Shown: positions 59,046-64,000 of the stretch, in pieces
Layout of the letters: every line of letters begins with the position of its first letter
Numbering within the stretch: position 1 is the stretch's first letter
Source: a virus
Taxonomy: Duplodnaviria; Caudoviricetes
DNA: 64,000 nt
Strand: one strand, 5' to 3'
Virus record (IMG/VR): IMGVR_UViG_3300014204_000018
Span: 1,561 to 65,560 of that record
Notes under the pieces: generated by a model
The model's database searches: none
The model's input: only the letters and a program-made list of their open reading frames with translations
Told to the model about the DNA's origin: nothing
Position numbers and translations under genes: made by a program

Positions 59046-59557
59046 TAGAAAAGCCCCGGAAAGTAAGAAGGTGTAAAGTGACCTCTTGGAAAAGGTTCAC
59101 GTTCAAGCGTTTCAAGTTTAAGAGAACCAGTAATCACGGCTGAATTATAGTTTATGTTCGATAGAACGAAGTCAGGCCACGATGCTTCGATAGTATCAAG
59201 ATCGTCCGATAGCACCAAGTCTACCGAAAAGATAGCAGGAGAAGTAAGTTCTCTAATCGTTTCAATATACGTTTTGTGAACGTTATCAATTTCAATCTGC
59301 ATTTCTCCAGGGCCATCGTCCGTATCGTCTGGCAAACGTATCCGCATAGGTAGAAAAATATAATCGTCACCGTTAGAAGTAGTTCCGTAAACTATTTCAG
59401 AATCGGTTGTATAAGCAGTAAGCCTTTGCGTAGGGTCTGACGATAATAATATATCAGAAGCAAGGTCGTCATGCGTAATAGTAACAAGCGCAATTAGAAC
59501 TTTCTCAGTCTCTTGCGCGTATGCTGCCTGTCTAAAATTTAAAGATAGTACTGTCAT
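59045..59557 (-). CDS. DUF1833 minor tail protein
   Basis: LVTITH, IEIDNV, REPFP motifs. Confidence 0.75.
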   Translation of the reverse strand: MTVLSLNFRQAAYAQETEKVLIALVTITHDDLASDILLSSDPTQRLTAYTTDSEIVYGTTSNGDDYIFLPMRIRLPDDTDDGPGEMQIEIDNVHKTYIETIRELTSPAIFSVDLVLSDDLDTIEASWPDFVLSNINYNSAVITGSLKLETLEREPFPRGHFTPSYFPGLF

Positions 59558-59925
59558 GGTAGAATCTCCAATGATAACTGTACTCGAAACAATGGCCCTT
59601 CTGCTCTTGCCGCAGGAGGAGCAGTAAAACGCATTTCGACGTAATAAGAAGAAGAAGATTCCTCATCGCTTGTTGGGTCTATCCATTCAAAGCGTAAAGA
59701 ACCACCGAGTAGTTCAGTATTAAAAAAATCTTTTAATGCGTTTAATTGTGTTCTTGTAACGACAATATAACCACCCACTTGCCTTACAGCAGAAGAAGTT
59801 CTTTTCCTTACTTTATCAGGCCCGTATTCCATAGAACTTCTTTCTGTCATATCCGCAAACTGTTCTTCCTGTCCCTCATAAATTAAATTCTGTGGTAGGG
59901 AAGTAGGCCAAACTGGAACTGTCAT
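59554..59925 (-). CDS. distal tail (gpM-like) protein
   Basis: WPTSLPQ, GPDKVRKR, GSLRFEWIDP. Confidence 0.75.
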   Translation of the reverse strand: MTVPVWPTSLPQNLIYEGQEEQFADMTERSSMEYGPDKVRKRTSSAVRQVGGYIVVTRTQLNALKDFFNTELLGGSLRFEWIDPTSDEESSSSYYVEMRFTAPPAARAEGPLFRVQLSLEILP

Positions 59926-62312
59926 CTTGACACCAGCCTTTCTTGCGCTCCAAAATTCTGTCTTAACATTTTATTTGTACCTGAACCTCTTTTTGCCATT
60001 TGCTTCGCAACTGCTTTGTCTATAAGAACATCTATTTCTACGCCGTTATTTGTTTGTCTCGTTTCGCCGACCGAAACGTTTGCTCCAGCATTATTTATAA
60101 CGTTTACATTTACTCTTGGGCCGATGCCTTGTGCGATAACACCCAAGTCACCAGCCGCAGTTCTTTTGAGAGGAAGAACTCCTTCGTCGCCCTTTTCACC
60201 GGCAAGTATCGGGTCGCCGCCTCCTAAAAAAGTGGGGCGGCGTAGAACTCCACCTTTAGCAAAAGCAGTCATTCTTCTTCCATTAAGAACAGCCCCATGC
60301 GCTACCATATATTCCGGGGCCATTGTTCCAAGACCAATGTTATATTGAGAAACGCCGGTAGCGGTTGACATAGTAGCATTATTTCCACCTACCGTCCCCA
60401 ATCCCATTGCTTGAAGTAGAGAACCGACTACTCCGGTATCCTTATCATTAGTTCCGAAAAGCCCCTTAATAAGTGGTTCTACTACCTTTATTTGGATTGC
60501 CATCTGCGTAATCATTTTGGCAAAGTTTTCTCCAATTTGCGAGAATGAAAAATCAGAAGACCATACAAGGTCATTAAGTTCAGAACCAAAGTCTGCCGCC
60601 CATCCTGACATCGCGTTCTTCATAGTATCAAAAATTTCTTTGGTATTCTTGTTCTGATTATTTATCATTCGTATAAAAGCTTCTTGCTCTTTATTTCTTA
60701 ATGCAGCTATCGCGTCAAGCCGCCGTTTTTCTATCTCTATCAGGCCATCCTTTCGTTCTTCAGCCCATTCTTTTTCCTGTTCCATCAGTCTAAGTTTTAT
60801 TTCGCGTTCTCGTTCATTCAGTTGTGCTACTGCTTCTAAACGACGTTTTTCAAGACCGAGCAAACCTTCTTCCCGTTCCTTTGCTTCCTCTATAAGCTGC
60901 AATCCCATTTGGGTTTTTAGTTCGAGAATTTCAATGTCAATTTTTTCGCGTTCCTTTTGTGCTTCTTCTTGTTGCTTGGTAATTTCCTTTTCAGTCAAGT
61001 ACTCCATTTGAATTGTTTTTTTAGAATCTGCTTCTTTCTGTTTTTGTGCTGCCGTAATTTCATCATTCATCGCCGCCCAGTCTGATTGTGTAGACTCAGC
61101 AGATTTTTTCGATGTCTCAATCAACATTTTATATGTTTCAATTTCTTCTTTAATTTTCTTTATCTGTGCATAGTCCTCGCGCGTCTTTGGCTTTACTTGT
61201 ACTCCGTAAACAAAGCCCTTCCTTTCAAGAGATTCTAATTCCATCTGCTTTTCTTTTAACGCTTTCTCAAAACGAAAAGTCTCTGTTTCTGGAGCAAGAC
61301 CTAAAGGAATTAAAATTTTATTTTCTTTTATATGAGTATATACTTCAGAAAATTTTGCCAACCAACCGGCCATTGCTTCGGCAGAATTAATCAACGCAGT
61401 TGCTACCGTAGCAAACGCCATTCCAACATCGGTTATTGCCTTCCTGACACCTTCTTTTTTTACCATTTCATGTATATTTTTAATCGACTCTGTTATTGTA
61501 TCAATTATTTTTCCATAAGCAGGGTCGAAGGCTTTTCCTAAAGACACAAACAAGTTCTCAATATATCGCGACAGAGTGTTAGCTCTTTTTCCGGTCGTTT
61601 GCATAGCTGCTTCATAAGTACCCGCGATATTTGCTCCTGCTTCCATAACAACATTCATACGCGCTTGCATTTTTTCTGCTTCTGATAGCTCGTTCTGCGT
61701 CTTCCCTAATTGCTTTGCAAGCTTGGCATAAGACCGTTCAAAGTTAACATTCAAGCCGATTGTTTTTAGTACTTCTATTTGCGCCGTTTGGATACCATAA
61801 ATCATTTGCTCAAACGCTTGGGAAGAATTTATATTACCAATAACCGCCGCGTCTTGGGCTATTCTTGCAAGCTGAGAAGACTTGCTCAAATCAAAATTCG
61901 CCTGCATCATTCTTATGATTGATTGCCGCGCCGAAATTTGACTGATACCTGTTTTCTCTAATGACTTCGTATAGGCATCAAGTTGTGTCCTTGATACGTT
62001 TACATTTTTTCCAACGCTGGTCATTACTACGCCAAGAGTTGCAAAGCGAGAAGAAAGTAAGGTTGATTCTTTTACAAAATTCACCATGCCGGAAATTGCT
62101 CTTCTTGATAAAGCGTATGCCTGAAAAGCAATAAACCCGGCAACTGCTACCTTTACTGTTTTAGCAAGGGAAGCAAAACCGGATTCAATTTTGCCAACAG
62201 AAGAACCAATTTTCTTACTTGAATTTTCAATTTCTCTGGTGGCTTTATCAAGACCGGAAATTAAATTTCCAGTATCAACTTTTATTTGCGCTACAAGTTC
62301 GCCAATATTCAT
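59922..62312 (-). CDS. tape measure protein
   Basis: 796 aa helical; AKGGV...AGEKGDEGVLPL C-terminal motif. Confidence 0.88.
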   Translation of the reverse strand: MNIGELVAQIKVDTGNLISGLDKATREIENSSKKIGSSVGKIESGFASLAKTVKVAVAGFIAFQAYALSRRAISGMVNFVKESTLLSSRFATLGVVMTSVGKNVNVSRTQLDAYTKSLEKTGISQISARQSIIRMMQANFDLSKSSQLARIAQDAAVIGNINSSQAFEQMIYGIQTAQIEVLKTIGLNVNFERSYAKLAKQLGKTQNELSEAEKMQARMNVVMEAGANIAGTYEAAMQTTGKRANTLSRYIENLFVSLGKAFDPAYGKIIDTITESIKNIHEMVKKEGVRKAITDVGMAFATVATALINSAEAMAGWLAKFSEVYTHIKENKILIPLGLAPETETFRFEKALKEKQMELESLERKGFVYGVQVKPKTREDYAQIKKIKEEIETYKMLIETSKKSAESTQSDWAAMNDEITAAQKQKEADSKKTIQMEYLTEKEITKQQEEAQKEREKIDIEILELKTQMGLQLIEEAKEREEGLLGLEKRRLEAVAQLNEREREIKLRLMEQEKEWAEERKDGLIEIEKRRLDAIAALRNKEQEAFIRMINNQNKNTKEIFDTMKNAMSGWAADFGSELNDLVWSSDFSFSQIGENFAKMITQMAIQIKVVEPLIKGLFGTNDKDTGVVGSLLQAMGLGTVGGNNATMSTATGVSQYNIGLGTMAPEYMVAHGAVLNGRRMTAFAKGGVLRRPTFLGGGDPILAGEKGDEGVLPLKRTAAGDLGVIAQGIGPRVNVNVINNAGANVSVGETRQTNNGVEIDVLIDKAVAKQMAKRGSGTNKMLRQNFGAQERLVSR

Positions 62313-62632
62313 TTTTTATTCCTTTTCTTCTTGCGTTTTTTCTTGACTTTTTTAGCGCCCATTGAAACAAAAAAATCTTTTATTGCTTCCGGTTTTTTCG
62401 ATTTCTTCTCGCCAATAAAATACTCATAATCAGAAAGCATTAAGTTGCGAAAAGGCATCGTCAAGGAGTGCTTGCCCCGCATAGAATTATACACGAAGGC
62501 AAGCAATCTTGATTGATAAAAGTCATTAACAACTGCTCCGAACGGTTCTAACTTTTCAAATTCCTGCCATTCAGAAATTTCTTTACTATCTAAGTCCCGT
62601 AGCAGTTCTCTAACAGTTTTACCCAAGGCCAA
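62309..62632 (-). CDS. tail assembly chaperone T-part (-1 frameshift extension)
   Basis: Reads RPERRFYFRLALALGKTVRELL in the -1 frame of the upstream gene. Confidence 0.75.
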   Translation of the reverse strand: MALGKTVRELLRDLDSKEISEWQEFEKLEPFGAVVNDFYQSRLLAFVYNSMRGKHSLTMPFRNLMLSDYEYFIGEKKSKKPEAIKDFFVSMGAKKVKKKRKKKRNKK

Positions 62633-62634
62633 AG

Positions 62635-63012
62635 CTAACCGGAAGTAGAATCTTCGCTCTGGCCTTCCTTTAAATTTGACTGTTCTCCTGTTTCATTAAG
62701 ACCACTTATCGCCCTGATTTTATCTGCTATCCGATCAAGCGGGGCCGCGTTTTTACTGCCGAGAACAGAAATATGTTCTTCTGTAAATAACCTCTTCCCG
62801 TCCTCACCAACACACCCCAAGCAAACAAGAAGACCGCGAACATTTCTTGCCGTTTTATTCTGGCTTGCCTCATAAATTTTAATATCAAATTCGTCTCGTT
62901 CTACCCCAGTCAACGGGCGAACAAAAACGACACCGCCCCATTCAGGAACTTCTACCTTTTCCAGTTTTACATCGTCAGCCGAAAGAATATCTTCTCTTGA
63001 TAGTACTTTCAT
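62635..63012 (-). CDS. tail assembly chaperone G
   Basis: LSREDIL..VEVPEWGG.VFVRPL. Confidence 0.8.
   Translation of the reverse strand: MKVLSREDILSADDVKLEKVEVPEWGGVVFVRPLTGVERDEFDIKIYEASQNKTARNVRGLLVCLGCVGEDGKRLFTEEHISVLGSKNAAPLDRIADKIRAISGLNETGEQSNLKEGQSEDSTSG
62671..62677 (-). other. -1 ribosomal frameshift slippery site A AAT TTA
   Basis: In-frame X XXY YYZ heptamer near the end of G that opens into the T frame. Confidence 0.75.
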
Positions 63013-63059
63013 TTTTAATTTCCTCCTTTTGGTTAAGGAATATCCTTAACGATTAAAAG

Positions 63060-63509
63060 TTAAATGCCAGAAGAATCACCAGTAATAGTTATTTCGCCGG
63101 AAATTTTAATAGTGAAATCAGCCGACACCTTATCCGTCAACGGATTTGACATTCCAAGAGAAGTAACAGTCCCACTAAAGGAAATTTCCGTGTTATCCGT
63201 ATCAGGTAGAACAATAATCCATGTTTCTAAAATATCCATCATGTAGGACTGTTTGACATGAAGGAAGGCGTCCTTTACAAAATTACAAGTAACCGTAATT
63301 TCTCCACCGTCACGAAGACCACTTAAAAATTCCCTGAAACGATTGACAGAATCTTTATTTGTAACATCAATCGTTTCCTTCGTCATGTTCGGGCCGGTAA
63401 TGTCAATCAGTTCTCCGATAAGAGAATATTGAGCAGAACTCGAATCGCTTGACACACCTACTACCCTCTTTAATTTAGTTCCATGTCCACTAAAAGCTTC
63501 GCTTGCCAT
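63060..63509 (-). CDS. tail tube protein
   Basis: GPNMTKETIDVT..EFLSGLRDGGEITV. Confidence 0.85.
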   Translation of the reverse strand: MASEAFSGHGTKLKRVVGVSSDSSSAQYSLIGELIDITGPNMTKETIDVTNKDSVNRFREFLSGLRDGGEITVTCNFVKDAFLHVKQSYMMDILETWIIVLPDTDNTEISFSGTVTSLGMSNPLTDKVSADFTIKISGEITITGDSSGI

Positions 63510-63539
63510 GTTTACCTCCTTCTATTAAATAATTAGTAG

Positions 63540-63941
63540 TTATTCCGTTCTCTCTGCATTAAAGTTAACAGAAAAAATCGGCCTTCTGTTATCGTCCCAG
63601 TAAACGAAACCTACATCGCCTTGACAAAAAATAGAAATATAACGAGTAGTACTTAAACTACCACGATAACCATTTAAAAGATTCTGTATTTCTTTTGCCT
63701 TCGCCCATGTATCAAGGTACTTCCCTCTGGCCCCGCGAACAAGAACTTGAAACGAAGCAATATCATCTGAAAAATTTGGGTTCGGAGGAAGGCCAGGCGA
63801 ATCAGTTATTGATATGCAAGTATCAGGAGAAGAAGCAAGTCCTCCGATATGAATTGACCAGCCTGATGCCGCCGCATATTCTCCAACTTCATTACTACTT
63901 TCAATAAAAATATCTTTTATGTCTTCGCTTGCAGGTTTCAT
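63540..63941 (-). CDS. tail terminator / minor capsid-like protein
   Basis: FQVLVRG..Y...KAKEI; position upstream of tail tube. Confidence 0.7.
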   Translation of the reverse strand: MKPASEDIKDIFIESSNEVGEYAAASGWSIHIGGLASSPDTCISITDSPGLPPNPNFSDDIASFQVLVRGARGKYLDTWAKAKEIQNLLNGYRGSLSTTRYISIFCQGDVGFVYWDDNRRPIFSVNFNAERTE

Positions 63942-64000
63942 TTCTACCCCTTTATCGTTGCATATTGTCTGATAATATCTAAGACCTTTTTTGAATTATC

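Overview
The window is most of the genome of a tailed dsDNA siphovirus-type phage, probably infecting a Gram-negative anaerobe (inferred from an outer-membrane beta-barrel gene, a KdsB-like gene and Fe-S enzymes). The late operon is on the minus strand and is split by the window edges. Its head module (terS, terL, portal, MuF, protease/scaffold, decoration, major capsid) and a sugar-modification cluster lie at 1-13.8 kb; its tail and lysis genes lie at 49.6-64 kb. The plus strand (15-49.6 kb) carries an early accessory region and a largely self-sufficient replication/recombination module: DnaE, clamp, clamp loader, primase, DnaB, SSB, RecA, 5'-3' exonuclease, RuvC, split SbcC/SbcD and three DNA methyltransferases. 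Main observation: six intergenic repeats at 16.5-21.5 kb each contain the catalytic core of a pistol self-cleaving ribozyme (P2-UUARG-6 nt pseudoknot-GCG-P3-GU-P2). The P1 hairpin lies 3' of the core instead of 5', i.e. a circularly permuted pistol supported by covariation, and each copy sits about 60 nt before a start codon. Other highlights are a MuF minor-head protein fused to an intact DNA topoisomerase IB, a glycosyl/acyl/methyl/sulfo-transferase cluster plus a CMP-ulosonate synthetase inside the virion operon, a DnaE-uracil-DNA-glycosylase fusion, and a circularly permuted 184-bp duplication. All calls come from manual motif recognition; no database searches were run.
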